From Zancudomyces culisetae HAW-14-8 (taxonomy: Eukaryota; Fungi; Kickxellomycota), in NCBI GenBank assembly GCA_052426225.1, contig JBNJNM010000021.1, forward strand, positions 3,368,750 through 3,432,749: a stretch of 64,000 nucleotides of DNA, given 5' to 3'. This document shows, piece after piece, positions 49,901 through 62,561 of the stretch. The position numbers were made by a program, and so were the translations under genes. How positions within the stretch are numbered: position 1 is the stretch's first letter; every line of letters starts with the position of its first letter. The notes beneath the pieces were generated by a model, which worked only from the letters and a program-made list of their open reading frames with translations, ran no database searches and was not told the origin of the DNA.

Positions 49901-50206
49901 GGGTGAATTATTACTTATCCTTGAGGTCGAGATGCTTTTTATTTATGATTTTATATATATAGTTAATTTTAAGGAATACTATTAAATATTAGGAATTAAG
50001 GAATAAGAAATAAGAAATATTTCACTCGAACTTCCATCAGGGCGATGGATCGAGTCGGTATTTATAGTTTTAATTCCTGATACCGGGTTCAGGAATTTTA
50101 TACAAATAGCTATTAGTATAAATATATTAAATTGTAGAATATTCCCAAGTTATTTACCCTCGGCCTCGAATGGGAATATTCTAAGTGGAATATTGTTTTA
50201 AGCGAC

Positions 50207-50506
50207 TGTTATGGTTTTAAAATATATGAAACCTTTGTAACCACAAGACAATGTTTCATATAATTTATCAATTATAACAATAACATTTACCGACCTCCAC
50301 ATATTAATTTAAATGTTTTAGTTATGTTTTAGTATGTTTTAAATTAGTATAATTTTAACATTATAGTCCCATCATGAAAAGTATATAAGCTATACGATTA
50401 TCATGATGGAACGATAAGTTTTACAACGAGTTTAGTTTCGTTTAGTTTATTCACTTATAGTCTAGTTTATTAATAAATATATTTTATCCAAGTCCAGACC
50501 TTGACA
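50207..50506. mobile_element. Solo LTR (family B), TSD GCGAC
   Basis: TGTTA...TGACA ends with a perfect 5-bp TSD. Confidence 0.85.
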
Positions 50507-50939
50507 GCGACAAATTAACTATACGATTATTGTTTGCATGATAGATGCAAAAATCTGACATGATATAATGATACAGAATTAAGCAGTGGAATCAGATATG
50601 ATTTTGGGAAGTTAGTTGAGGTCTACAAGGTAGGAGTGTATCGGTGGAAACGGGAATTAGATTCGCATAACAATACAATTATAAAAAGGTGTTGGGTCGT
50701 GTCAGCATGATCATGCATACGTAATTGAAATTGGTTTATGTCAGCATGATTATACTTACGTTTGGTAAAATTGAATTTAGAATTGGAAAGGTTCTAGAAT
50801 GTTCTAGAATGTTCTAGAAGGATTTGGAAACGGTGTCATTTGGTTGTAGAGTTTTGATTGAAGTAAGAAGATTTAGGGATCGATTCCAATCATGAACAAT
50901 TATTTTGTAACAATATTTGTGTTCATAACACTAAACATA

Positions 50940-51220
50940 TAGTATCTATCAATTTAACTAATACTAGAAGACGGGTGATTGCCTGTTTTAGCTGCAATAT
51001 ATTTTAGCGTATTGACACTAATATATTGATATATATTTATATCTATTATTGATTAAACTTGGACTTGATACTAACAACTTTGAAAATTAGATGCAATGTT
51101 AATACCGTTATTAACGTTTTCCACTTTCAGGATTTCTTAACAACTCATCTACGAGGTGCGAATTGTAAGATTAAAACATAATTAAAACGAAATAGGAAAC
51201 GGGTTAGGGTTGTGAGGGAG
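50940..51220 (-). other. Relic of a PLE 5' region followed by a short internal telomeric remnant
   Basis: ISVNTLKYIAAK here versus LSPNTLKFIAVK at ~62350-62395; GGGTTAGGGTT at 51201-51211. Confidence 0.5.
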
Positions 51221-51316
51221 AAATATCTTAATATTTTAAAAAAATATATTATGAATTAAAAGTCCTATGTTGTTGCAAGGTATAATTATAAAAATATGGT
51301 TTTATATAAGGGCTAC

Positions 51317-51796
51317 TATTATGAATACACATGTATCATAACAATATTGTATATTTAATACAATATAAATTAATTAATATTAATGACAATACATGTGTAT
51401 CATTAATGTTATTTAATTATAAGTTATATTATTTAATCATTATATAATTATTAGTTTAAAACATTAATATTGATAGACATGATCAATATTAAATGTATCG
51501 TCATTAATATTGTGTATATTAAAATATTAGTTTATTAGTTTATTAATATTAGTTTATATTAATAGTATTAGTTTATATTAAAGTTTTAGTACAAACTTAA
51601 ATGTATAAAAGGTGAAACTAATCCCTTTCATGAACATTTAAGTTTGTCAATCTCGTTAATTACAAATAAAGTTATATTAGTTATATTTTATTATTACTGT
51701 GTGTTTTCATAAACAAATAATTAATAGCTTTCAAAAACTAACTGTGTGATAGTTTGTTAATACTATTATTATTGGGTATAATATTGGTATCTAACA
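51317..51796 (+). mobile_element. Solo LTR (family C), TSD GCTAC
   Basis: Perfect TSD; 5' TG mutated to TA; homologous to 31837-32276. Confidence 0.85.
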
Positions 51797-52470
51797 GCTA
51801 CTATCGTTTCTAGTACAATTTATTGTTCCTCCTCAGTTGTGTTATGTATTATTATAACTGATTATATGATTTGAAAAATATATTTATAATGCATCAAGTT
51901 TATCAAAATAGAATTAATGAATTAGTTGTGTCAGTATTATTTTAAACAAAACTAAATAATTGATTGTAGATGGTAATTGTATTATCATAACGGACACTTG
52001 TAAATCTATTGCATATAATATTTAATTATGTGCATATTTATATTATGTTCATGATTTTTGCGACTTTGTTGGTATATAGATGTTATGTATTGAATCAAAT
52101 TATAATGGTTATATCTTATAGTTATAGAATTGTTTTATTATCGTATAATGTACTTCGTTTGTAAATATATAATAATAATTCGTATCTGCTATAAGAAGTT
52201 AATATATTAATTAAATATTAGTAAAAGTTAAAATGTTATATCTAATCAACAATTATTAAAATATTATAAAATGTATGATAGTTACATAGTCAGCAGTTTG
52301 ATATAGTTCTGTATTTTATGAAAAGTATAATAATAAATATTAATTCTAGAAACGATAATGATTATTTTCACTAAAAATGGTATTTGGTATAAATAGCATA
52401 ATTTTTCAATCTTGGTATCTGAAAATATTTTTTAAATACAAGAATAAAATTTGGTTGATCAAACATAGTG

Positions 52471-52797
52471 CTAAGTAAATTTGTGATTAGGTTGGTAATT
52501 TGAATTTCCATAATTATTTATCAGAGTTTGTAAGGTTGATTTAAAGTTCTTCCGATTCATCGGTAAAATTACCTTGTGTCGGACGAGACCGGGCGGGTCA
52601 CGTTCGTTGGTCGGGTTTCTCATGCTACGGAACTGTTGTTGCACATGCTCCTGAACAAAAGCAAATGGATCATGTGACTCGGTACGATCCAACTCCATAG
52701 AGGTGGCTCCGGAACGGTCGCTGTCCGGAGAGTAACGACCCTCATCCTTGAACTGTTGGATGATGGCTGCACGTAGTTGCTGCATGAGACCTGACAT
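52471..52797 (-). CDS. Small repeat-borne ORF of unknown function, downstream of the PLE RT
   Basis: GC-rich 108-aa ORF with two paralogous copies in the window. Confidence 0.45.
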   Translation of the reverse strand: MSGLMQQLRAAIIQQFKDEGRYSPDSDRSGATSMELDRTESHDPFAFVQEHVQQQFRSMRNPTNERDPPGLVRHKVILPMNRKNFKSTLQTLINNYGNSNYQPNHKFT

Positions 52798-53289
52798 GAG
52801 ATTTTAGTAATTTTAAACTTTTAACCTTTACTAGTTTAAACTTTTAGCCGAAGCACTATTATATTATTATATGACTGTTAAATAAACTTGTACTAAACAA
52901 AATTCTTCTTGTTCAATGTCTTTATTTCCTGATGTTACTAATACGTTTTTAACTACTAAAAGAGCTAAGGAATCCTCCATGAGCCTTCCTTTGTATTTAT
53001 ATATATTTCAATAAAACTACTTAAAGCTAATTTAATTAACCTATGTTAAAGTCTTAATTATCTGTGTTCTTGCTTGTGGTTACATTCTTAAATTCGTCTT
53101 ATTATTCTTATTGTTTGTATATTCGAATGTTGATTTACTATTCCTTTTTAATTGTATTTTTCATTTTGTGATTTTTCTTTAATTATATATTTTTCGATTT
53201 ACTAAATAATAGTTGTTATATTGTTGATCAACTTCAATTTAATTTAGTTGATTTTTTATTAAGTAATTTAAATATTGTTTGAAATTGTT

Positions 53290-56200
53290 GAATCCCCTTA
53301 TGCATCGGGATCCACACGACACTTGAATACCGACTTTCCGTGTTGGAGCATCTATAAGATAGGATTGGGGCTGGGTTTGAATCAGCCCTATAATTATCCT
53401 TGATATATTCGGCTTGGGCTTTTTTTAGCCCAAATTTTAGTAGGTAATCACCAAGATTCGGTGATTTTTTACAAGCAATAATAAACCTTAAATTGATAAT
53501 TAGAGCAGTTTTGGATTCGTTGAGTTCATGTATGAATCTTTGTAATATTTGGTTGATTGAATGTTTATTGTAGAATTTTATTAATGGAACAATGTTTTTA
53601 GAAGGTTTATTGGTCGTTTTTAGAAATAATTTTTTAACATCGTATGTGTTATTAATGAATACGTCATTTACGAATTTTATGTTATATCATCGTGCTATTG
53701 TCGTTCTATGAATAATTATCGAATATCAACAAAGTCATTATAATCTGTGCGTTGTCATAATATCAGTTTAGTTCACCAGATATAACTGCTTATTTAGTAG
53801 AAATGCTGTGTTTATAAAAAAATGGTATTTATCTGTATAGATTAAGAGATTTTTGATACGTTTTGAAACTGATTTTAATTTCAGTATTTAAGTAATCAGT
53901 TTTACCAAGGAAGTCTACAGTATTTACTGAATTGATAGCAAGGGTCATATTTATTTCAGGGATGCTGTTGTTGGCGATGTGTATAAGTTTGAATAAATTG
54001 TCTTTGTGAGTTACTGTTAGGAATGACCAATTACTGGTAATAATTATAGTTACATTTTGGCTTATGAAAAATTTAACCCATACTAATATTTCATTTCCGG
54101 CATTCGAAATGTCATCCGACATGCAAATTATGTTAGACTAATACACCATCAAATATCAGAATTTATTTATAGAAAAATTACAAAATAAATTCAAGAAACT
54201 TTACAATTATCAAATTTATAATAAACCATGGTTAACTGGATAGACAAAATCCATAGAAATTGGAATAACAAAATCAATGATTTAATTGATAATAAAATCT
54301 ATGCCAAAATCAATAAATAAAATTCATGCCAAAATAAAAAATTAATGAATGCTAAATTGATAAACAATATTAATGATAAAATTTAAATACTAAACCCATG
54401 ATTAAATCGATAAACTAATCCATGTTAAAATCAAATAATGATAATGATAAGTTTTTCGATAAGTAGATACCTAATTTAATTAGATTAAACACAATCGAAT
54501 TTTTATTGCAAAAATATATTAACTATAAGTTTTTCTTCATAATTAATTCTCTGTTAAAAAATTATATTTACCCATCGAAATTCCGTTGGGTTACATCGGA
54601 ATAAAATATAATTTATTAACTCATCAGAATATATAATTTTCTAAATACCTACTTATTCTAATAACTACATATTAAGAATAACAAACCCATAGTCGCAGTT
54701 ATAAGCACTCGTTGTTTATAACAGTTATCAAGAATATATCGTTAATATATCTGTATTAATGAAGGAAATAATTTTTTATAATATCTATAGGTTGAAGGAA
54801 TAGTATAGCCCATTGACAGCTACATTGGATCTTATTGCGATATCAATAATTTATTTAAATACTGTTTTATTATACATAAAATAGTTGGATTCACAAATGG
54901 TAATGTGGCATCAGTTAGTTATTGAGATTTGGTCAATTTAAGAATAGTACTGTCAAAGTTTTGATTCGAACTATTGAATTAAAGTTACAAATCGAGTTAT
55001 CCTATGATGTAGTTATTGGGAATAACTTTGTTTTCAAGTTGTTTGATCAATTCTAAGAATTTCTTAGATTACTGGGTTTTCTTGTTCAATTAATATATTG
55101 ATATTGTTTTAGATAGCTTTGTTGTTAGCCAATTGGTTGCTGATGTAATTGGTCGAAACTCAATTGGCGTTTTATGGATTATTAATTTTATGTAGAAATT
55201 CGGTAATTGGATATTATTGTCATTATGTAGTAGACTAGTTTGCAATTTAAATATTATAATGTAGAAAAGCAGTTAATTAGTATTTATAGTTTATTATAAA
55301 TACTTGATCATTGATGTCATCTGTGTTATCACGAATATGTACATTATTGTTAGTGTTGTTTAATATATTCAATAATTGTTTGTGATAATCTATTGTATCC
55401 ATAATTACAGGGCCTATGTGATTACTGAATTTATTATGTTCATACTTCCGTCATGATTGATATCATTGCTAACTTTAGGTATAAAGATTTAGTTATCTCT
55501 GTGAATTTAGGAGTGATAGAAAGAATAATTTTTACTCAAGCATTTCAGAATAATTTCTTAATAATTTGTCATCAACGTTGTTAAAATAATATAACTTTTG
55601 GTAAAAAGAAGTGTGGTATTATAAAAAGAAAGGTCAATGTAATGTACTTCATTGTTAAGTAATTGAGGTATGTGTTTAATTCTTTTTTTTAATATAAGCT
55701 GTTTACTATCAGATTTGGAAGTCATGTTGTGAACAAAAGTAAATATAGCTGAATAATTTTTAGTTGACTTTATTGTATTTTTGGTAAAGTTACTTAGTAA
55801 TTGTTGATGGTAATGATAATTGAAGTATAAACTGTGTTTTACTTTCTTTTTGAATATTATCTTGTGATTCCTTCTTTGGCGCCATGAGAACTTTTGTATA
55901 GATTTGTGTTGTAGATTACTCTTTTTTTGTTATTTATTAGTCTTATTTTGTAGGAAATGTAGTTTTTTTGCTTTCTTTTGGTGTTTTTTCTACTGCAGTA
56001 TATTTTTGATATTTTGGATATGTTGGTTGATGGTTTCGACGCAATTTGTTGCCATAATATACATATCTTTGTCCATTTAAACTAGCTTGTGTATCTACGG
56101 TCAACAAGTTATGTTCTAGTTCTCGTTTCTTTATAGCCTTCTTAGCTTCAGCAATTTTCTGATTTTTTAGTTTTCTTCAGTTGAAATTAATCTTAAAAAT

Positions 56201-56335
56201 TTGCAGATAAATATAAAAGATATTGAGGAGGTCAGCATCAAATTTGTAATTGTATCAGCAAGTGAAGTAATAGAAGCAATGATTTTAAATCTAAAGTGAA
56301 GTTTGTATAGAGTTCTTTACTTTTAATGTTATCGG
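53290..56335 (-). mobile_element. Degenerate endonuclease-less Penelope-like element, copy 2 (continues at 62260-62500)
   Basis: Ordered remnants HIGPVIMDTIDY, LPNFY...IHK/PIEFRPITSATNWLTT, DIAIRSNVAV, RYINDIFLI, VDFLG, TYQKSLNLYR*IPF, ISGEL, IAR*Y, IIACKKSPNLGDYL. No GIY-YIG follows. Confidence 0.8.
54015..54723. mobile_element. Solo LTR (family D) inside PLE copy 2, TSD GTTAC/GTTAT
   Basis: TGTTA...TAACA ends; removal restores RYINDIFLITHKDNLF. Confidence 0.8.
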
Positions 56336-56680
56336 TGTCATGAACTTGTTTTTTTGGTGAAATTTGGTAATTATTAAGTACTACTATAAAATATATAATA
56401 ATTGTGACACTTGTTGTCGATAAGTTTTTCTGAAGGAATAAAGAATGCTATTTAAACTTTTTAAATGTAATATATAAATTTATTATTAAAGACTAAAATG
56501 TTGCATAAATATAAAGTAGTTAAAATTAATGAACTATTTAAAGAAAAGTTGTGTTTTGTGCTAGTTTCAATATTAAACATGTTTAAAATCATATTTCTGA
56601 TTCATCCAAATCATGTTTGATATTGTTTTTTGATTTAAATTGATACTGTTTAATATTAGTTTATGACAGTATTCCCTCTC

Positions 56681-59600
56681 TTAGTGTCGATCTCTGAGCG
56701 ACATTGGTTTATTCGGGTTTTCATTATGGTACTTTTCCACAAGTTCTTTTGTATTTGTTAGATGTTCGACTGGTTCCCAAGTTCTTTCGCTTGCGTCGTA
56801 CCCTTTCCAGTCCACTAGATATTGTAGTTTATTATATTTAATACGACTGTCTAATATTTGTTCGACTTTGTATTCTGATATTCCATCAACTAGTACCGGT
56901 AATGGAGTTTCATAAATTCGGCCTTCAATAGTGTTGTTAGTTACTATTTCTAGAAGGGAATCGTGAAAGACAGGATGTACTTTCATAGTCGTAGGAAGTT
57001 GAAGTTCGTATGCTACTTTGCTTAATTATATAACTATTGTGAATGGACCTAATTTAGTATAATCTAGTTTGTTATTTGGTCTGTTAGTTTTAATATATTT
57101 TCTATTTAACCACACTTTTGATCCTATATTAAACTCGGGTTCTGCTTGTCTGTTTTTATCATATGCTTTAGCATATCTTTCATTTACATTTTTAATATTT
57201 TTTATAAGTTCCTTGTAAATTTGTGACATTTACTGAGATAAATATGTGATTATGGACGAGTTACTGGGTGAAGTCAAAATATTTGATCGAAATATTGAAG
57301 GATGATAATCGGTATTAGCGTAGAATGGTGAAAATTTTGTAGTTGAGTGTTTTCAGTAATTATATGCAAATTCTGCGAGTGCTAATAAATCATGCCAGTT
57401 TGTTTGGTTGTAGTTACAATAAATTCTGATATACTGTTCTAAAACTTGGTTTACTCGTTCCGTTTGACCATCCGTTTGTGGATGGTATGCTGTTGACATA
57501 TTTAATTTTATATTTAATACTTTGGTAATAGTATTCCAAAATTTTGAAGTATAGATAGAACCTCTATCAGAGACGATATCTTTTGGCAGTCCGTGAAGTT
57601 TAAATATGTTATTGATAAATAGTTTTGCTGTTTGTGGTGCATTGATATTGCTATTTGTTGGAATAAAATGCGCCATTTTTGTTAGTCTATCTAAAATAAC
57701 CAATACTAAATCGTAAGTTTGTGACAATGGTAATCCAACAATAAAATCCATAGAAATTGATTCCCACGGTTTATCTGGAATCTGTAAAGGTTGTAGTTGA
57801 CCATATGGTTTGTGTCTTATCGGTTTACATCTGCAACATTGATCGCATGAGTTAATATAATTTTTAATCATTTTTTTCATTTTTGGCCAATAATAGTATC
57901 AGGAAATCAGTTCAAAGGTTTTAGAATGTCCGATGTGTCCAGAAATAGGCGAATCGTGAAATTGGTTGAGTAGTAGTAGTTTGATTTCAATGTTATCTGG
58001 AATGTATGTTTTACCTTTAAAAGTAAGTATTTCATTGTCGTATTTATAATCCTTTAGGTTTGGATATTCAGAGTTAGATGAATTGTTAATATGTTTCAAT
58101 TTAGAAATAATGGAAATAGATTTAATATCTTTTTCGTAGCTACTATTAAATATAGTTTTATCAAAATTATTATAACCATTGGTTCTACTGCTGCAATTAT
58201 CAATTGTTCTGGCTTTAGCAAAGTTTTATTAGTACGTAGAGCGTCATCCCGCTCCTTAGGCAAATGATCCGGGCGTCGGGACAAAGCATCGGGTATCCCG
58301 TTAGATGAACCAGTTGCGTATTTAATAATGAAATTATAATTTCCTAATAATTCTGCCCATCGTGCTTGAAGCCTTTTCTTAGTATTAGTGGTAGTCAAAT
58401 ATTCTAGATTTTTATGGTCAGTTAAAACCGTAATTTGATGTAATGCTCCTTCGAGTTATGATCTCCTTTCTTTAAAAGCCTCAATTATGGCTAACGTTTC
58501 GTTATCGTAAATTTCGTAGTTGATTTCAGCAGGTTGTAACTTTCTGGAATAATATGCTAACGGGTGTAAATTGTTATTATCGTCGCGTTGTGATATAACT
58601 CCACCAATTGCGAAGTCTGATGCATCAGTTTCGATAGTAATTGATTTATTCGGATCAAAATATTTTAAAATAAGTGCAGTTGTAAATGCTTTTATCAATT
58701 GATCGAAAGAGTTTTGTGCTTCAGTGCTCCAGTTCCATTTTTCATTTTTTCGTAACAATTTTGTTATAGGTGTCACAATCTTTAAAAAATTTATTATATA
58801 TTTTCTATAGAAATTTGCAAAACCAATGAACGTTTGAATTTCATTTATTGTGGTTGGTGCAGATCATGTACTTACTGCTATTGTCTTTGTTATATCCATA
58901 CTTACCCCATTATCGGAAACATTATATCCCAAGAATTCGACTTCTGTTTTGTGAAATCGACATTTTTCCAGTTTAACATATAGTGAATTATTTCGGAGTC
59001 TTCTTAATATATCTTTTACATGCTTAATATGGTATTCTAATTGTACTATATACCAGTATATCATATAAATATACTACTGCAAATCTATCTAAGCAGTCAG
59101 TTAATACATCATTCATGAAATATTAAACGATGCTGGAGCATTGCAGTGTCCGAATGGCATAACTCCATAATCATAGTGACCGTAACTCGTACAAAATGCA
59201 CTTTTCCATTTTTCTCCCTTAGCAATTCTTATTAAATTATAAGCGCCTCTTAAATCGATTTTAGTTAATATTTTCGCTTGACTGAATCTGTCGAGTAACT
59301 CTCTGATTAAAGGTAAAGATACCTGATTTAATTGTCAAGTTATTTAATCCTCTATTATCAACGCATAATCTTAAAGATCCATCTTATTTTTTACAAAAAG
59401 TATAGGAGAGCCAGCTGGAGATGATGAAGGATGAATAAAACCTTTATCTAAATTTTCTTTCAAATACTCACAAAGTGCTGCGAGTTCTGTTTCAGATAGT
59501 GATTAAATTGGTCCAAATGGTGGTTATGAGCCTGGTTTAAACGGAATTTTATGATCATATGTACGATGAGGTGGTAAATTATTAGTTGCTTTTTCGTCGT

Positions 59601-60200
59601 ATAGATCTTTAAATTCGGAATATTCCGATGGTATAGGAGTTATTTCTGATATTTCTGGAATTAATGTGCAAGTTATTGTGTGTGTAGAACATTGATTTTG
59701 TTGTTTACTACAATTATTTTAGCAATATTCTGATATGAAATAAAACTTATATAAATTCCCCTCTAAATGTATATTATGAGTTCTCAGCCAGTTTATTCAA
59801 TAATTACAGGGTATTTTCCCAATTTGGTTACATCAAAAGATATAATTACGTAATAATTATAGGTGTTAAGTTGAAGAGGTATGCTATTGTGTGTTATGGA
59901 GCCTGACGAAATTAATCTTTCGTAATTACTAGTAGCGGAATTGGTAATTTTTTTAATACTATGGAATGTTATTAGTATTGGCAAAAGTAGAATCAATGAA
60001 GCAATTAGTTGCACCCGAGTCAATCATGGCAACGGTTTTTATCGGGTTATTGTTTACCCGAAGGGTTACTGATACTAAATGGTGCGCGTTAACTTTATTT
60101 GTCGACATATTAAAATGTTCCAGATCAAGATTCTTATTGATTGTGGAATTAATTTTTAAGTTGCAGTCAGGTATAGATTCAGGCTTGAGTTCAGGCATAA
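56681..60200 (-). pseudogene. pol: Fragmented pol of the second chromovirus
   Basis: At least eight consecutive ORF fragments homologous to the intact pol. Confidence 0.9.
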
Positions 60201-60590
60201 TTTCAGGTTATGAGTAAAGTACAGGTTTAGTTTTAATTATAAGTTCAGATTTGATTTCAGGTTTAAGTTCAGGTTTGATTTCAGATTTGGTTATATGTTT
60301 ATTTTCGGAGTTATAGTTGGATTAGTAAATGTATCTTTTACATTAATTTCTGGTGTTAGTTTGGTTATTTCAGTAATGTAAATTTTATAGTTAAATTGTA
60401 AAGGTAGATTTACTTAAGGTTGATACAAACTTCCGGATGTTTCATTAGCGGCAATAATTAAAGGGTAAAGATTTTTGATTGAAGTGGACAGTTTAGGATA
60501 ATTAGAACGCTCAAGAATAAGTCCGAAAATTGTCTTGAGCTTAATTGTTTTCCTTAAAATGCTTGCAGATATAGTATTTATTACCTTTAT

Positions 60591-61382
60591 TTACGGGCGA
60601 CGAGGACAATATGAAATGACATGATCAGGATTACCACGGTATAGACAAAGATTAAGGTCGCGGCGGCGTTGTTTTTCAGTCTGAGTGAGTGGTGGGCGAC
60701 GAGATGAAGCTCCGACAATTTCCATTTGTTGCACCCGAGGCTGTGTTATTACTATTAAATTGTTTTTTGATGGTGTAGAGTTATCCAAATTTTGAATATG
60801 CATTGGGCGAGGACGAAACGTTTTTTCAAGATTTCTTTCAAATAGTCTGTTGTCAATTATTATAGCGAGGTCAATAGTTTCTGAACATATGTCTGGTCTA
60901 TCAAAACGGGCTAATAAATCCTTAAACTCTTCTTTAAGTTTTTCATAAAATTGGCTACAGAGTGCTGCGTCATTCCAGTACATAAGTGTCGAAATACGAC
61001 AAAATTCAGTAGCATAGGTGGCTGCGGATCCCAACTGGCGAAGTTTTCTGAGATGACGTTCAGCTGTCGATGATTGGTGTGGATTTCCGAAAACACGATG
61101 AAGTTCATTTATGAAAATGTCAAAATTTTCCAGGATTGGTTCATAATCAATAGATCTTAGAAACGGTTGTAGCCACGAGAAAGCAGGTCCACGAAGGAAA
61201 GTAGAAGCAAAAATGACTTTCTGAGTATCTGTTGAAAATCTTGAGGGTTGAGCTTGTATGACTAGTTGGACTTGTGCTACAAAGTTTCTTAGTTGATCTC
61301 TATCGCCACTAAAGTATTCAGGATCTGCTAATCTTGGTTCTCTAGCCACTGGTAACTCGTTTGCTTGATTATTTCTCAACAT
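60591..61382 (-). pseudogene. gag: gag of the second chromovirus
   Basis: PEYFSGDR, LRQLGSAATYATEF and a mutated knuckle CLYRGNPDHVISYC; the 5' part is interrupted by a solo LTR. Confidence 0.85.
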
Positions 61383-61417
61383 ATTTAACGGAGCTGAAGA
61401 TCGTCTAGTTGGGTAGC

Positions 61418-61812
61418 TGTCATGATCTATTCATGACATTATTGCTATTTTTAATAACATATTAAAAATAGCAAATGTAAAATTTATTAACAATTTTTCC
61501 GCTTTAATACTTACACAATAAATTATTAAATATGGAGTAAGAATTAATAATTAATAATAAATTGGTTTTACCCCATATTATTAAATGTTAACTGTGGAGT
61601 TGACAGTTAATTTATATTAGTTTTAAGTTATAATTATAGTATAGTTTTTATTATGTTTTACAATTAATTTTGTATATTGTAAAACTATATGAGGACAAGG
61701 ATTTATTGCTTTAGGTAACTTTTGCAATAAAATACTGTATATCTCATATTATTTTATTAAATAAATCATAGCCATAGTTAATACAAATATTACTTAGTGT
61801 CAAGTCGTGACA
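61418..61812. mobile_element. Solo LTR (family A) nested in the second chromovirus, TSD GTAGC/GTTGC
   Basis: Homologous to 49497-49900. Confidence 0.85.
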
Positions 61813-62561
61813 GTTGCCATCCTATGTAATTCATTAAAATGACTTCAATCATTGTTACTAGTGCATTAAGGTCTTTGTAATTATTCTCTGACATGATAGT
61901 AGTAGTTAATTATTTGATCTGACAAACTGTCATGTACTTATTTATATTGGTGAAATTTGGTGATTATTAAGTACTACTATAATATATATTTATTGTTGAC
62001 ACTTGATGTCAGATATGAATTTCTGAAGGAATAAAAAATGCTATTTAAACTAATTGTTTGTATTATATTAAATTTAATATTAAAAACTAAAATATTGCAT
62101 AAATAGAAAGTAGTTAAATTAATATACAATTTAAAGTAAAGTGAGTTTTGTGCTAGTTATGATATTAAACATGTTTAAATCATATTTCTGATTCATCCAA
62201 ATCATGTTTGATATTATTTGTTGATTTAAATTAAAACTGTTTAATATTAGTTTATGACAATCAGTTGGATTTTTTCATTGGTGGCATTTTAAATTATAGT
62301 AAAACAGTGAGCTTCAATGATATTAGCTAGCTTTTGAGTTCCAGGAGCGTTACTGTTTTTAACTGCAATAAATTTAAGCGTGTTAGGACTTAACTTATTA
62401 TTATCAAGTTCAGCTATTTTTAGAAAAGTTTCACATTCAGGTTGATAACTTTGCAATCAAAGAAGCGATTATGTTAGCAGTTTTCATGCAGATTCGATTG
62501 ATTTCGGGATAGGTTAGCGATAGAGATAGGAAAAGGGAATGGGATATGAATATGGAACAGG

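Larger units (their letters stand above)
49458..50930. mobile_element. LTR-like sequence hosting two nested solo LTRs (right end uncertain)
   Basis: Begins TGTTAGG exactly where Tc1 homology stops; candidate end CATAACA at 50930. Confidence 0.45.
56336..62259 (-). mobile_element. Degenerate full-length Ty3/Gypsy chromovirus; LTRs 56336-56668 and 61928-62259; TSD ATCGG/ATCAG
   Basis: gag 60591-61382; fragmented pol (MIDSGA, RT, ETDASD, integrase, chromodomain 56681-56986); PPT GAGAGGGAATAC next to the 3' LTR. Confidence 0.92.

Noticed and set aside
50024-50098. Two GC-containing hairpins (ACTCGA...TCGAGT; AATTCCTGA...TCAGGAATT)
   Set aside because: Inside an LTR-like sequence, where such hairpins are common; no ribozyme core found.
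54240-54440. ~24-nt degenerate tandem repeats (also at 40510-40710) as a CRISPR-like array
   Set aside because: No unique spacers; these are internal repeats of a solo LTR in a eukaryote.
54620-54627. CTGATGAG hammerhead core on the minus strand within the PLE
   Set aside because: It lies in the inserted solo LTR, has no stem II plus GAAA, and the other copy reads TAGATGAG.
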